A stretch of 64,000 bases of DNA from NCBI GenBank assembly GCA_022819805.1, contig JAJEGO010000065.1, positions 4,794 to 68,793 of the forward strand, given 5' to 3'. Position numbers and translations under genes: made by a program. A model generated the notes under the pieces. It saw only the letters and a list, made by a program, of their open reading frames with translations, ran no database searches and was not told the DNA's origin. Below are positions 11,318 to 21,560 of this stretch, piece by piece (position 1 is the stretch's first letter; every line of letters starts with the position of its first letter). This DNA comes from Candidatus Dadabacteria bacterium (lineage in GTDB: Bacteria; Desulfobacterota_D; UBA1144; Nemesobacterales; Nemesobacteraceae).

Positions 11318-11854
11318 TCATTCAAAATCTGACTCTGGTTTCCTTTCCCGCAGTTCCCGCAGTTTTTCCAGGCTCTCATCAAGATTGTCCGGAGCCTGTT
11401 CCCTGATAATGTGATATCCGCTGATAACTTTGGGAGCCAGAACGGAGTTCTTGATGAAAGGGGCATCCTCATCCACAAACTGCTTGACCCCGGCTACCAC
11501 GAGGTAGCAGAGCAGCAGGCCGATTATGAATCCCATCGCTCCGCCGAGGAGGTGGTTAATCCATCCCATCCTTACCTTTTCCAGCAGGTCCGTCAGAAAA
11601 TGCGAGAGATAGTGTATGAGAATGTACGCGAGACAGGCTACGATCAGGAATCCCAGTATGTCCGCGATTTTCGGTTCGGCGATAATGTTTTTTTCAAGCA
11701 GAACCGACCCCAGCGGCTCATAGAAAAAAAAGCCCAGCGCCAGTCCTCCTATTATGGCGGTCAGTGAGAAAACCTGCTTTATGAGGCCTGACCTGAGTCC
11801 TGCCCCGAAGCAGACCAGGATCATGAATAGGAGTAAGATGTCGAACAGGTTCAA
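11318..11854 (-). CDS. cvpA: CvpA family membrane protein (colicin V production)
   Basis: 178 aa with four TM segments. The N-terminus MNLFDILLLFMILVCFGAGLRSGLIKQ is typical of CvpA. Confidence 0.75.
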   Translation of the reverse strand: MNLFDILLLFMILVCFGAGLRSGLIKQVFSLTAIIGGLALGFFFYEPLGSVLLEKNIIAEPKIADILGFLIVACLAYILIHYLSHFLTDLLEKVRMGWINHLLGGAMGFIIGLLLCYLVVAGVKQFVDEDAPFIKNSVLAPKVISGYHIIREQAPDNLDESLEKLRELRERKPESDFE

Positions 11855-11982
11855 ATCGGTTTTCCGTTACGTTTTTGCAGACTATTATGCGAAAAATTCA
11901 TTTAAAAAAGGAAACTTACATTAGGTTAATGGCAGTGTCCAGTCTTTGACTTTCGGGTTCGTTCATATAGTCTAACCGTCCG

Positions 11983-12966
11983 ATGGAGTTCTCGGACATA
12001 CTTGAGATAATTCACCCCAGCCTCGCGGAAACGGAAAGGAAAATCGATGAATTCATAAAATCCGACGTTCCGCTGGTTTACGAGATAGCCAGGTATCTGC
12101 TTGGCGGAGGAGGAAAGAGGATAAGGCCCTCCCTCGTTCTTCTTTCAAGCGCCGCCTGCGGGCTTGCTGAGGGGGAAAACCGGATTGCGGCCGCCGCGGG
12201 TATTGAGCTTTTCCATGCCGGCACACTTTTTCACGACGACGTGGTCGACCAGGCGGAATTCAGAAGAGGAAACGCCTCTTCCAATATGGTCTGGGGAAAC
12301 AAACCCACCGTGCTCGTAGGGGACTTTATGCTGGCGCGAGGTCTCGAACTTATATACAGCTGCGGCAGCCTTGAACTCCTGAGGGTGATTTCCAGGGCTT
12401 CATCGCGCCTTGCCGAGGGGCATGTGCTTGAGATCATGAGCGAAAGAAAAATGGTCGAAGTCTCGGAGGATTTCTGTTTTTCTATAATTGATCACAAAAC
12501 GGCTGCACTTATTGAATGCTCGACCGAGACCGGAGCGCTTTTAGCTAATAGTTCAAACGGAGCGGTTAAAGCTCTCTCACACTACGGACGCAACATAGGA
12601 ATAGCGTTTCAGCTTGTAGACGATGCGCTTGATTACTGTTCCGAGGAAGACAAATTCGGAAAAAAAACCGGTCAGGATCTGGCTGAGCGCAAGATGACCC
12701 TTCCGCTTTACTATTCCATTGAAAACGCCCCGGAAGACGTAAGGCGCAAAGTGATAGAAACGCTTGATAAGGAAGATGACCTCAACGGTTCCGATATAAC
12801 GGAGATAACGCAGATCGTAAGCCACTACCGCGGGGTTGATCTTACCAGGCAGCGGGCAAAAGAGTTTGTGGTCGAAGCGAAGAAATCTCTGGAAGGAATA
12901 GCGCAAAGCGATTATAAGGAATCCCTCGACAACCTTGCCGATTACGTGGCCGAGAGAAACTTCTGA
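11983..12966 (+). CDS. ispB: polyprenyl diphosphate synthase (octaprenyl/heptaprenyl type)
   Basis: First aspartate-rich motif LFHDDVVDQAEFRRG and second motif FQLVDDALD are present. Confidence 0.8.
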   Translation: MEFSDILEIIHPSLAETERKIDEFIKSDVPLVYEIARYLLGGGGKRIRPSLVLLSSAACGLAEGENRIAAAAGIELFHAGTLFHDDVVDQAEFRRGNASSNMVWGNKPTVLVGDFMLARGLELIYSCGSLELLRVISRASSRLAEGHVLEIMSERKMVEVSEDFCFSIIDHKTAALIECSTETGALLANSSNGAVKALSHYGRNIGIAFQLVDDALDYCSEEDKFGKKTGQDLAERKMTLPLYYSIENAPEDVRRKVIETLDKEDDLNGSDITEITQIVSHYRGVDLTRQRAKEFVVEAKKSLEGIAQSDYKESLDNLADYVAERNF

Positions 12967-13415
12967 TAGTAGTTGTCGAGCGCAAGACCCATTACATAAG
13001 CGTCCCCTCTTCCCCTGCCGTAGTAGTTTTTGCGCGTTCTTATGATTTCGAACCCGAGCTTCTCGTAAAGCGTGATTGCCGGGATGTTTGTTGTTCTTAC
13101 CTCGAGAATAACCGAAAGAGCCCCCATTTTCTCGTAAAAATTAAAGGTGTCTGAAAGCAGTTCAATCGCCACTCCCTTTCTCCTGTGGCAGGATGCCACG
13201 GCAATCTTGAATACGTGAATTTCATCGTAGATAAGGGTGGATATTGAGTAGCCCGCAACTTCTTCGTCGGTTCCGTTTACAGCGATATTGCAGAAGAACC
13301 CGGGTTTCTTGATGTAATCTGTGAGTATCTGCTTAGGCCACGGAGAGATAAAGGACTCGTTTTCGATTTTCACGATCTCGTTTATGTATTTCGGTGAGAG
13401 GTGTTTTATGATCAT
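12942..13415 (-). CDS. rimI: ribosomal-protein-alanine N-acetyltransferase (GNAT)
   Basis: GNAT fold motifs (HRRKGVAIELL). The start was moved to the internal Met MIIKHL, because the upstream 9 codons overlap the end of meaB. Confidence 0.65.
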   Translation of the reverse strand: MIIKHLSPKYINEIVKIENESFISPWPKQILTDYIKKPGFFCNIAVNGTDEEVAGYSISTLIYDEIHVFKIAVASCHRRKGVAIELLSDTFNFYEKMGALSVILEVRTTNIPAITLYEKLGFEIIRTRKNYYGRGRGDAYVMGLALDNYYQKFLSAT

Positions 13416-13426
13416 CTTCCCTGCGC

Positions 13427-14437
13427 TTACTCGGGCGGACAAATCCTTTCGAAATAAAGATCGAGCAGATTCGCTGCTCCCGTGTAGGGGTCCGTCTTTC
13501 CTTCCATTACTTCTTTTTCCACTTTGCCGAGCGTTTCTTTGACGAGGGAGTTTTCATAGAAGCTGTCCTCAAGGTTCTGTAGGAGCGCTTCGTGCAGGCG
13601 GTATTTAGCCTGCTTTCTTCTTTTTTCCGTAAAGTATCCGTTTTCTCTGCAGAGATCCTCATAGTCCATGACGCACTGCCAGATTTCCCTTATTCCGTAA
13701 CCCGTGACGGAGGAGCAGGCATAAGCCTTGGGAACCCACCCGGATTCGGGTGGCCTGTGAAATCCAAGGGCTTCCTCCATTTCTTGTTTCATAAGCTCCG
13801 CCTTTTTCTTGTTTCTCCCGTCCGCTTTGGTTATCAGTACGGCGTCAGCGCGCTCGATTATCCCCCTTTTTATTCCCTGAACGTCATCTCCCGCCCCTGT
13901 AATCATGAGCAGCATGAAAAAATCGACCATGGAGTGGCAGGTAATTTCGGACTGCCCGACTCCCACCGTTTCTATAAAGATCGTGTCGAACCCTGCCGCC
14001 TCGCAGAGAATCACGGCGTCGCTTGTCTTTTTTGCGACTCCTCCCAGGGAGCCGGATGACGGAGAAGGCCTTATGTAGACGTTTTCGTGCCGGGAAAGCT
14101 CCTGCATTCTGAGCTTGTCGCCCAGGACGCTTCCCCCGGTTTCGCTGCTCGTGGGGTCGATTGCGAGCACCGCTATCTTTTTTCCGCACTCGCGGGCCAG
14201 GTAGAGACCCAGAGATTCTATGAAGCTGCTCTTTCCGACTCCGGGGATGCCCGTAATTCCCACCCTTATGGATTTTCCGGACCGCGGCAGACACCACGTG
14301 ATTATCTCCCGCGCAAGCTTCTTGTGCTCGGGGAGGGTGCTCTCCGCGAGGGTTATCGCCCTGCTCAGAGCCGGTATCTCTCCCTTGGCTATGCCTTGGC
14401 GGTAAACTTCTGTTTCCGTTTTTTTGTGCGGGGTCAT
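13427..14437 (-). CDS. meaB: methylmalonyl-CoA mutase-associated GTPase MeaB/ArgK
   Basis: Walker A motif [15 protein letters not shown]. It overlaps the mutase large-subunit gene by 4 nt. Confidence 0.9.
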   Translation of the reverse strand: MTPHKKTETEVYRQGIAKGEIPALSRAITLAESTLPEHKKLAREIITWCLPRSGKSIRVGITGIPGVGKSSFIESLGLYLARECGKKIAVLAIDPTSSETGGSVLGDKLRMQELSRHENVYIRPSPSSGSLGGVAKKTSDAVILCEAAGFDTIFIETVGVGQSEITCHSMVDFFMLLMITGAGDDVQGIKRGIIERADAVLITKADGRNKKKAELMKQEMEEALGFHRPPESGWVPKAYACSSVTGYGIREIWQCVMDYEDLCRENGYFTEKRRKQAKYRLHEALLQNLEDSFYENSLVKETLGKVEKEVMEGKTDPYTGAANLLDLYFERICPPE

Positions 14438-16566
14438 GTTAGGGTTTCTACAAGGGGCATGAGTATGGCTTCGGCCGCTTCGGACAGCACTGTGCCTGGA
14501 CCGAATATCTGCGAGACTCCGGAGTTTCTGAGGTAATCGTAATCACGTTTGGGTATTACTCCTCCTGCGACCACCATTATGTCATCGCCCCCCATTTCGT
14601 TGAGTTTTTTTATAAGTTCGGGGATGAGTGTCTTGTGGCCGGCGGCCAGGCTTGATATTCCGATTATGTGGACATCGTTTTCAACCGCCTGTCTCGCCGC
14701 TTCTTCAGGGGTCTGAAAGAGCGGACCTATGTCCACGTCAAAGCCGAGGTCGGCAAAGCCAGTCGCTATTATCTTCGCCCCGCGGTCGTGGCCGTCCTGT
14801 CCCATTTTTGCGACCAGTATCCTGGGTCTTCGTCCTTCCAGAGTAGCGAAACGGTCGGCAAGCTCTCTTGCTCTGGCAAATCCGGCGTCCTTCGAGATTT
14901 CCGATGAATACACTCCCGAGATCGTACGCCATCCGGGCCTGTATCTTCCCCATGCTTCCTCGCACGCGTCCGATATCTCTCCGAGGGTGGCGTTTTCCCT
15001 TGCGGCCTCGACTGCCAGGGAGAGGAGGTTGCCCTGCCCGGTTTCTGCGCATTCGGTGATTTTGCGAAGCGTGTGCTCAACCGCCTCGGAATCCCTTTTT
15101 TCCTTGAGCTTTTTTAGTCTTTTAATCTGGTTCTCCCTCACCTTGCGGTTATCCACTTCCAGTATATCGAATTCTTCCTGCGCGTCTGAATTATAACTGT
15201 TGACCCCTACTATTAAGTCTTTTCCCGAGTCTATTCTCGCCTGTTTTCGCGCCGCCGCTTCCTCTATTCTCATTTTCGGTAAACCGGTTTCTATGGCTTT
15301 GGACATCCCTCCCAGTTCTTCTATTTCGGTTATAAGCTCCCACGCCTTTCTCGCCAGATTGTGAGTCAGATATTCAACGTAGTAGGAGCCCGCCCATGGA
15401 TCGATCGACCTGCATATATCGGTTTCCTTCTGAAGATAAAGCTGGGTGTTTCTCGCTATCCTGGCGGAAAAGTCGGTGGGAAGGGCGATTGCCTCGTCAA
15501 GGGCGTTTGTGTGAAGCGACTGTGTGCCGCCGAATACCGCGCTTAGGGCTTCAACGCATGTTCTCGTCACGTTGTTAAACGGATCCTGTTCCGTGAGGCT
15601 CCATCCCGAAGTCTGGCAGTGGGTTCTGAGCATGAGCGACGCCGGTTTTTTGGGCTCGAAGGTCTTGACGATCTTGGCCCAGAGCATCCTCGCCGCCCTC
15701 ATTTTCGCGATTTCCATGAAATGGTCCATTCCTATTCCCCAGAAAAAAGAAATCCTGGGAGCAAAATCGTCGATACTGAGTCCCGCCCCGACGCCCGCCC
15801 TTAGATACTCAAGGCCGTCGGCAAGTGTGTAGGCAAGTTCTATGTCCGACGTGGCGCCCGCTTCCTCCATGTGGTAGCCGCTTACGCTTATCGAGTTGAA
15901 TTTCGGCATGTTTCTCGACGTGTATTCGAAGATGTCAGAAACTATCTTCATCGAGAATTCGGGCGGGTAGATGTAGGTGTTCCTTACCATGAACTCCTTG
16001 AGTATGTCGTTCTGGATCGTTCCGCTGAGTTTTTCCGGTTCCACTCCCTGCCGCTCCGCGACGACTATGTAGAAAGCCATGATCGGCAGAACCGCGCCGT
16101 TCATGGTCATGGAAACCGAAATTTCGTCAAGAGGTATTCGATCGAGAAGAATTTCCATGTCGAGTATCGAATCTATTGCCACGCCCGCTTTTCCGACGTC
16201 TCCGGAAACTCTGGGATGATCAGAGTCGTATCCCCTGTGAGTCGGAAGATCAAAGGCTATGGAAAGCCCCTTCTGTCCCGCGGCCAGGTTTCTCCTGTAG
16301 AACGCGTTTGACTCCTCCGCGGTCGAGAAGCCCGCATACTGCCTTACGGTCCATGGTCTTGCGACATACATGGTCGGGTAGGGTCCGCGAAGGTAGGGCG
16401 GGATTCCCGAGACGAATCCTAGGTGTTCTGAGTCGCTGAGGTCGTCACCGACATAAACGGTTTTTATGTCTATTTTCTCTGGCGATTCCCGGATTATGTC
16501 CCCGGTTGTACCGGTGTTGTCGCTTGAACCGGCTCCGAGCTTTATTTTCGAAAAATCGGGTCTCAT
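14434..16566 (-). CDS. scpA: methylmalonyl-CoA mutase large (alpha) subunit with C-terminal B12-binding domain
   Basis: 710 aa. TIM-barrel substrate domain plus C-terminal cobalamin-binding DxHxxG region ([10 protein letters not shown]). Confidence 0.9.
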   Translation of the reverse strand: MRPDFSKIKLGAGSSDNTGTTGDIIRESPEKIDIKTVYVGDDLSDSEHLGFVSGIPPYLRGPYPTMYVARPWTVRQYAGFSTAEESNAFYRRNLAAGQKGLSIAFDLPTHRGYDSDHPRVSGDVGKAGVAIDSILDMEILLDRIPLDEISVSMTMNGAVLPIMAFYIVVAERQGVEPEKLSGTIQNDILKEFMVRNTYIYPPEFSMKIVSDIFEYTSRNMPKFNSISVSGYHMEEAGATSDIELAYTLADGLEYLRAGVGAGLSIDDFAPRISFFWGIGMDHFMEIAKMRAARMLWAKIVKTFEPKKPASLMLRTHCQTSGWSLTEQDPFNNVTRTCVEALSAVFGGTQSLHTNALDEAIALPTDFSARIARNTQLYLQKETDICRSIDPWAGSYYVEYLTHNLARKAWELITEIEELGGMSKAIETGLPKMRIEEAAARKQARIDSGKDLIVGVNSYNSDAQEEFDILEVDNRKVRENQIKRLKKLKEKRDSEAVEHTLRKITECAETGQGNLLSLAVEAARENATLGEISDACEEAWGRYRPGWRTISGVYSSEISKDAGFARARELADRFATLEGRRPRILVAKMGQDGHDRGAKIIATGFADLGFDVDIGPLFQTPEEAARQAVENDVHIIGISSLAAGHKTLIPELIKKLNEMGGDDIMVVAGGVIPKRDYDYLRNSGVSQIFGPGTVLSEAAEAILMPLVETLT

Positions 16567-18482
16567 GTCCTGACCTCACCTGAGAGAAGCGGCTGCTGGT
16601 ATCTCTCGATCATTTCGAGGACATCGGAACCCCCATGGATGAAGTCATCCGCTCCCGCCTGCGCAAGCTTCTCCCGCACACTTTGTCCACCACCCGGAAC
16701 AACAGCTTTTATTTCCGTTTTTTTGCTCTTGAGTTTTTTTATCGCTTCTTCGGCGAACTGCTCGTAATCCTTGTCGGAACCGCAGATCACTACCGCAAGC
16801 GGGCTCTCGCGCAGAGCTGCCGCGATTCCCTGATCAACCCCCGGATTTTCGGCTCCGTCAACTACCTCGAACCCTCCGCATCCGAAAAAATTCATCGAGA
16901 AAACCGATCTTGCGGCCGTCTGCGGAGAGTCGCTCAGATGAAGCAGGAAAACCCTCGGCGCTTCGCCCGTTCTCTCCGCGTGTTCCTCGCTTAGAAGCCT
17001 TGTTCTCTCAAAACCTTCGGCTGCCCTTGATTCCACAAGGGGCGCTATTTCAGGGGCCGAACCGTTTACCTCTTTTTCTGTGGACGGGGTTTTCTGGATG
17101 TGTCCTGACATTTTTTCCAGCAGGTTGGGGAACTCGTTTGTTCCGATGAGGGTTTTTTTCCTGCGTGAAATGCCGTAGAGCGTTTTTTTCCTGCTGCCCT
17201 CGACCGCGTTCTGTATGAATCCGCTTTTCAGGCACTCGAGGTAGCCGCCTTTTCTCTCTATTTCCTGGAACAGTTCGAGGGATTTCTGCGAAATGGACTG
17301 CGTCAGTTTTTCTATGTGATAGGAGCCACCCCCGGGATCAATTACCGCGCCAAGATGGGATTCGTTTTTTATCAGAAGCTGTATGTTCCTCGCCACTCTT
17401 CTTGAGAGTTCGTCGGGTTCCCTGTAGCAGACGTCAAAGGGCTCCACGGTCAGGGAATCCGTCCCCCCGATTACCGACGCCATGGCTTCAAGCGCCGTCC
17501 GCAGTATGTTTGCGTGCGGGTCGTAAACGGTTTTGTTGAAGGTTGTGGTACGGCAATGAACCCTCATTCTCGTGGATTCGGTGCGAGCCGGGGAGAACTG
17601 CTGTGCGACGTTCGCCCAGAGCGCTCTTGCAGCGCGGAGCTTGGCAATTTCCGCAAAGTAGCTTGAGCCGGTGGAGAAGGAAAAAACGAGGTGGCGGCAT
17701 GCGCTGTCTGCATCAACGCCCCTTTCCCTGAGCATGACCAGATACTCGGTCGCGGCGGCAATTGTGAAAGCAAGTTCCTGGGTTATCGTTGCCCCTGAGT
17801 TTTTAAACGTCGAACTTTCTACCGAAAACCCTGCGTAACCGGGTGCGGTATCGGATAGATATCTGATAGCTTCCGCTACCTTCTCCACGTTTTTTTCAAG
17901 CGGTACTGCACTAGGCCCACGTGAGAGCAACTGGGACAGGGGATCAAAAAACACGGCGCCGCCGAGTTCCCGGGTATCGATTCCCTTTTTGCTGCAGGAG
18001 GAAATGAAAAACCTGCAGACTTTTTCCGGGTCTTCCCTCAAGGCAAAATTGACTCTGATGCGCGAGGGATCTATGTGCTTTATAAGAGTCTCAACATCAT
18101 TGCGTTTCAATTTTGTTTCAGGGATGAATGTGAGCGAATCCGCTCCGCCTTCCGCAGCCGCCCGTGCCCCGTGCGCCGCGTCTTGCGGAGCGGCAACTTT
18201 TACCTCTTCTGCAAGAAGCCAGCTGTTATCTTTTTTGCGGCTCCCCCGGACAAACGGAAATTCTCCTGGAAGCGGGTTTCCCCCTAAGAAGAAATCTGCG
18301 GCTTCCTCTTTGGTGTAGAAGGGCTCAACCGCTATTCCGTCTTCGGTGTTCCATATAAAATCTTCGTAGGATCCCGGCTTTGCGATCTTCTTTTCGGCTT
18401 CTTTTTTCCAGCTTTTCTTTGATATGTTTGGAAAATCATCGAAAAGAAGGCTCTGTGCGTGTTTTTTTTCCGCTTTACTCAT
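16563..18482 (-). CDS. mutA: methylmalonyl-CoA mutase small (beta) subunit
   Basis: 639 aa mutase-like protein lacking the His-ligand B12 motif. It overlaps the large-subunit gene by 4 nt. Confidence 0.8.
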   Translation of the reverse strand: MSKAEKKHAQSLLFDDFPNISKKSWKKEAEKKIAKPGSYEDFIWNTEDGIAVEPFYTKEEAADFFLGGNPLPGEFPFVRGSRKKDNSWLLAEEVKVAAPQDAAHGARAAAEGGADSLTFIPETKLKRNDVETLIKHIDPSRIRVNFALREDPEKVCRFFISSCSKKGIDTRELGGAVFFDPLSQLLSRGPSAVPLEKNVEKVAEAIRYLSDTAPGYAGFSVESSTFKNSGATITQELAFTIAAATEYLVMLRERGVDADSACRHLVFSFSTGSSYFAEIAKLRAARALWANVAQQFSPARTESTRMRVHCRTTTFNKTVYDPHANILRTALEAMASVIGGTDSLTVEPFDVCYREPDELSRRVARNIQLLIKNESHLGAVIDPGGGSYHIEKLTQSISQKSLELFQEIERKGGYLECLKSGFIQNAVEGSRKKTLYGISRRKKTLIGTNEFPNLLEKMSGHIQKTPSTEKEVNGSAPEIAPLVESRAAEGFERTRLLSEEHAERTGEAPRVFLLHLSDSPQTAARSVFSMNFFGCGGFEVVDGAENPGVDQGIAAALRESPLAVVICGSDKDYEQFAEEAIKKLKSKKTEIKAVVPGGGQSVREKLAQAGADDFIHGGSDVLEMIERYQQPLLSGEVRT

Positions 18483-18513
18483 AAAATACGTTTTTCATCT
18501 AAGGTCTCGTGGG

Positions 18514-18537
18514 TGAATAAGTATATAATTCCGATTT
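18514..18537 (+). repeat. solo copy of the IS1595-like transposon terminal inverted repeat (20/24 identical to the right IR at 63729..63752, including an exact 17-mer GTATATAATTCCGATTT)
   Basis: TGAATAAGTATATAATTCCGATTT here versus GCCAATAGGTATATAATTCCGATTT at 63731..63755. Confidence 0.5.
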
Positions 18538-18650
18538 GCTTCTGCCAACATACTGAAACTGTTTAAGTTTCAATTTTTCCCGCCTGCCGTCACGGGAAGG
18601 CTTCGTTTGGGGAATTGTTATTTGGTTTTTTCGACTTTAATATTAAGGAA

Positions 18651-19325
18651 GTGTCTGGAAAAGCGGTTGTAATGGTTTCTGGAGGCGTGGACAGTTCGAC
18701 TCTCTGCTACAAGGCGGTGCGGGAAGGTTACGCAGTATTTCCTCTTACCTTTATATACGGGCAAAAGCACGAGAAAGAGATCCGTTCCTCAGAGAATATA
18801 TGCCGCCGCCTGGGACTTGCCGCCAACATAATAGATCTTTCTTCGATAAGGACTCTTTTCGGCGCCTGCGCGCTTACCGACGGGGACGTCGAGATTCCGA
18901 GAGTCTCCGCGGCGGCGCGCAATTACGATACCCTCTCCACTACAGTCGTTCCGAACCGAAACGCCATTTTTCTTTCTCTGGCGGTCGCCTATTCGCAGAG
19001 CATCGGCTGCGACACGGTATTCTACGGCGCGCATCATTCCGACAGGGGAGTGTATCCCGACTGCCGCCTGGAGTTCGTTTCCGCTTTCGAGGAGGCCGAG
19101 AAGCTCGCGACTGACAATGAACGGCTCTCCATAGTCGCTCCGTTTGTGGATCTGGATAAATCAGGGATAGTCAGACTCGGCGCGCGTCTCGGGGTTCCCT
19201 TCGAAGACACATGGTCGTGTTACGTGGGCTCCCGGACGCACTGCGGCACCTGCAGTTCCTGCAGGGAGAGGAAAAGGGCTTTTATCGAAGCGGGTATAGC
19301 CGATCCGACCGAATACGAGGCGTAA
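18651..19325 (+). CDS. queC: 7-cyano-7-deazaguanine synthase
   Basis: PP-loop SGGVDSS and C-terminal Zn-binding CxxC...CxxC motifs. The start is uncertain: GTG at 18651 or ATG at 18672. Confidence 0.88.
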   Translation: MSGKAVVMVSGGVDSSTLCYKAVREGYAVFPLTFIYGQKHEKEIRSSENICRRLGLAANIIDLSSIRTLFGACALTDGDVEIPRVSAAARNYDTLSTTVVPNRNAIFLSLAVAYSQSIGCDTVFYGAHHSDRGVYPDCRLEFVSAFEEAEKLATDNERLSIVAPFVDLDKSGIVRLGARLGVPFEDTWSCYVGSRTHCGTCSSCRERKRAFIEAGIADPTEYEA

Positions 19326-19330
19326 CTGCG

Positions 19331-19972
19331 GTGAAGGTAAACGAGATCTTTTTTTCGATACAGGGTGAAGGAGTCCATATCGGGCTGCCGACGGTTTTTC
19401 TCAGGCTCTTTGCCTGTGATCTCAGGTGCAGCTGGTGTGACACCATGTACGCCGTGGAGGGATCTGACTTCCGGGAGATGGAAACCGGTGAAGTGCTGAA
19501 CCAGATTCTTGGGTATGGCTGCTCCCGGGTCTGCATAACTGGAGGGGAACCCCTTATCCAGCGCAGTGCCGTGGAGGAGGTGACGGAACTTTTGCTCGAG
19601 AAGGATTTTGTGGTCGTGCTTGAAACAAGCGGACACAAGAAGCCTCCCGGGATCTTCTCCCATCCCAATTCGGTCGTGAGCATGGACTGCAAGTGTCCCG
19701 GTTCGGGCATGGCCTCCAGAATGGATTTTTCCCTCTACGACGCCTTGGAAGAGAAGGACCAGCTTAAGTTCGTAATAGCCGATGAAGCTGACTACGAGTA
19801 CGCGAGGGGTGTTATAGCCGAGCATCGCATCAAGGCCTCGATCATATTTCAGCCAGTTTACGGCACAAAAGCGGACTGGATAGCGGAGAGAGTTCTCCGC
19901 GACGGCATGGAAGACATAAGGGTGCTTCCGCAGCTTCACAAAATATTCTGGGGAGAGAAAAGAGGGGTTTAG
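19331..19972 (+). CDS. queE: 7-carboxy-7-deazaguanine synthase (radical SAM)
   Basis: EIFFSIQGEG and the CDLRCSWCDT cluster. A GTG start just after the queC stop was chosen. The ORF-track start at 19211 lies inside queC. Confidence 0.88.
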   Translation: MKVNEIFFSIQGEGVHIGLPTVFLRLFACDLRCSWCDTMYAVEGSDFREMETGEVLNQILGYGCSRVCITGGEPLIQRSAVEEVTELLLEKDFVVVLETSGHKKPPGIFSHPNSVVSMDCKCPGSGMASRMDFSLYDALEEKDQLKFVIADEADYEYARGVIAEHRIKASIIFQPVYGTKADWIAERVLRDGMEDIRVLPQLHKIFWGEKRGV

Positions 19973-20102
19973 CCTCCTTGCGTTATTTTTAGACCTCGGC
20001 CCCGTCTTTAATTTTTTAACGCTTTTTGTTGTTATTGTGTTAAAATTCAGGGTATAAAACATAGTTTGTGCGGGCGGGTTTAAAGCCGAGGAGAGATGTG
20101 CT

Positions 20103-20966
20103 GTGGAAGAACATACTGAAGATTACAATTATGAGCCTTTTGCCGATACCGAGGAATACAGAAAGGTAAATGGCGATATGACAAGAAACTGGATCCAGAT
20201 AATGGTTGACAGGGGGGTTGAGAGCCTCGACAAGTTTCTTGACATCGCTACAGGCGCAGGCACCATGGCGCAGCTTTTTTTCGATATGCTCCCTGCAAAC
20301 CTCAGGGAATCAGCGGTTTTCTGCCTTGACCAGTCGGCCGGCGCTCTTAAGCTTGCCAAAAGCAGGCTTGAGAAAGAGGTTGACAAACTGACCCTTATCA
20401 ACTCATCCATACAGGAGCTTGATCTGCCTCCGAAAAGCCTTGACGTGGCGGTATGGGGTAACGGCATCCACTACCTTGACGAGGAGGAGCAGATCAAGAG
20501 CCTTAAGGCGATCAAAAAGGCGCTTAAGCCCGGGGGATGGTTCTTTTTCAACACCGCTTTTTACGAAGAGGCAAGGCCCGCGGAGACCATACCTTTCTAC
20601 AGAACCCAGGTGAGAAACGCCGTCCAGTTTCTCAAAAAACAGGGGATAAAGAGAGTGAAAGTCGAGAGAAAAGCCGAAGCCGCGAAGTTTCACCCGCGTT
20701 CCTACTACGAGGAACTGGTCGGCGAGTTGGGGTTTGATCTTATCGACGCCCAGGAGTTTGCCGCCGACCTTACGAAAGAAGCTTGGGAGCATATCAGTTC
20801 CTTCCAGCAGTATGCCGCCGGCGCCCTTCACGGCTATCCGGATGAGGCTGCTTCCGATGCGATGAAAAACGCGGTTGAGCCTGCCATCCTTCTCCACGGC
20901 GAAGTGAATGAGGACGGCAACCATTTCGTTACCAGAAAATGGCTTTCAATAAGCGCACGCGCGTGA
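20103..20966 (+). CDS. class I SAM-dependent methyltransferase
   Basis: Motif I LDIATGAGTMAQ and a post-I acidic residue, with a Rossmann-like order of motifs. The substrate is unknown. Confidence 0.7.
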   Translation: MEEHTEDYNYEPFADTEEYRKVNGDMTRNWIQIMVDRGVESLDKFLDIATGAGTMAQLFFDMLPANLRESAVFCLDQSAGALKLAKSRLEKEVDKLTLINSSIQELDLPPKSLDVAVWGNGIHYLDEEEQIKSLKAIKKALKPGGWFFFNTAFYEEARPAETIPFYRTQVRNAVQFLKKQGIKRVKVERKAEAAKFHPRSYYEELVGELGFDLIDAQEFAADLTKEAWEHISSFQQYAAGALHGYPDEAASDAMKNAVEPAILLHGEVNEDGNHFVTRKWLSISARA

Positions 20967-20984
20967 TTTTCCGTTACGGGGGTT

Positions 20985-21305
20985 CTATTCGCCCGACACG
21001 CTGTTTTTCCTGAGAAAATCGAATGTGTAGAATCCGGTCTCGCACCAGATCTCGCCTATAAACCTTATAGCGTAATTACCGACGTACTCTATCCTCTCCG
21101 GCGCCATGCCGCTTTTTCCGAGAGGAATCCGTTTTTTAAACGGAAGTTTCCCGGTCCTGCTTTTTTTTCTGAGCCTTCTGCAGGTGGCACAAGGGCAGAT
21201 TTCCCTGAGTTCCTCGTAAAAGAATATGCTCTCCTCCCCGTCATCCCAGACGATCTGAAGAGCTTTTTCGGTAAATTCGTTTATTTCCCTAGGTTTTACG
21301 CTCAC
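20985..21305 (-). CDS. DUF971 domain protein (gamma-butyrobetaine hydroxylase-like N-terminal domain)
   Basis: 106 aa. A conserved Zn-ribbon CPCATC follows W..DG...F. Confidence 0.6.
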   Translation of the reverse strand: MSVKPREINEFTEKALQIVWDDGEESIFFYEELREICPCATCRRLRKKSRTGKLPFKKRIPLGKSGMAPERIEYVGNYAIRFIGEIWCETGFYTFDFLRKNSVSGE

Positions 21306-21449
21306 GAATGATATTTTACCTGTCCGCTGAACAGCAATCGATCTGAACGGATTTCACTGTGTTGAGGTATCGGTCTGAGTACAATTCTAACTTCGACCGC
21401 CTTTATTCAGCGTGGTCTCAAGCGCCACAAGCAGTTGAGGGATTATCTT

Positions 21450-21459
21450 GGGGGGGGGG
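21450..21459 (+). repeat. G10 homopolymeric tract in the intergenic region upstream of the sirtuin-like gene
   Basis: Directly read: ctt-gggggggggg-cagttaac. Confidence 0.95.
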
Positions 21460-21519
21460 CAGTTAACTCGGTGTTTTTTGCGGTCCGGTATAGGCTGCTG
21501 TTGGCAGGCCAAGGTCAAT

Positions 21520-21549
21520 TTGCGGACAGTTAACGCAAGCGGTTATAAT
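21520..21549 (+). promoter_or_regulatory. candidate sigma70-type promoter (TTGCGG, 18-nt spacer, TATAAT) 12 nt upstream of the sirtuin-like ATG; the GTTAAC palindrome occurs in the spacer and again at 21460
   Basis: Sequence reading only. The leader would be very short. Confidence 0.3.
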
Positions 21550-21560
21550 CAAAACCTGAA

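Noticed and set aside
14628-15196. Cluster of 60-155-aa ORFs on both strands within the methylmalonyl-CoA mutase large-subunit gene
   Set aside because: All lie inside or antisense to the mutase CDS, and their translations are Arg/Ser/Pro-rich. They are artefacts.
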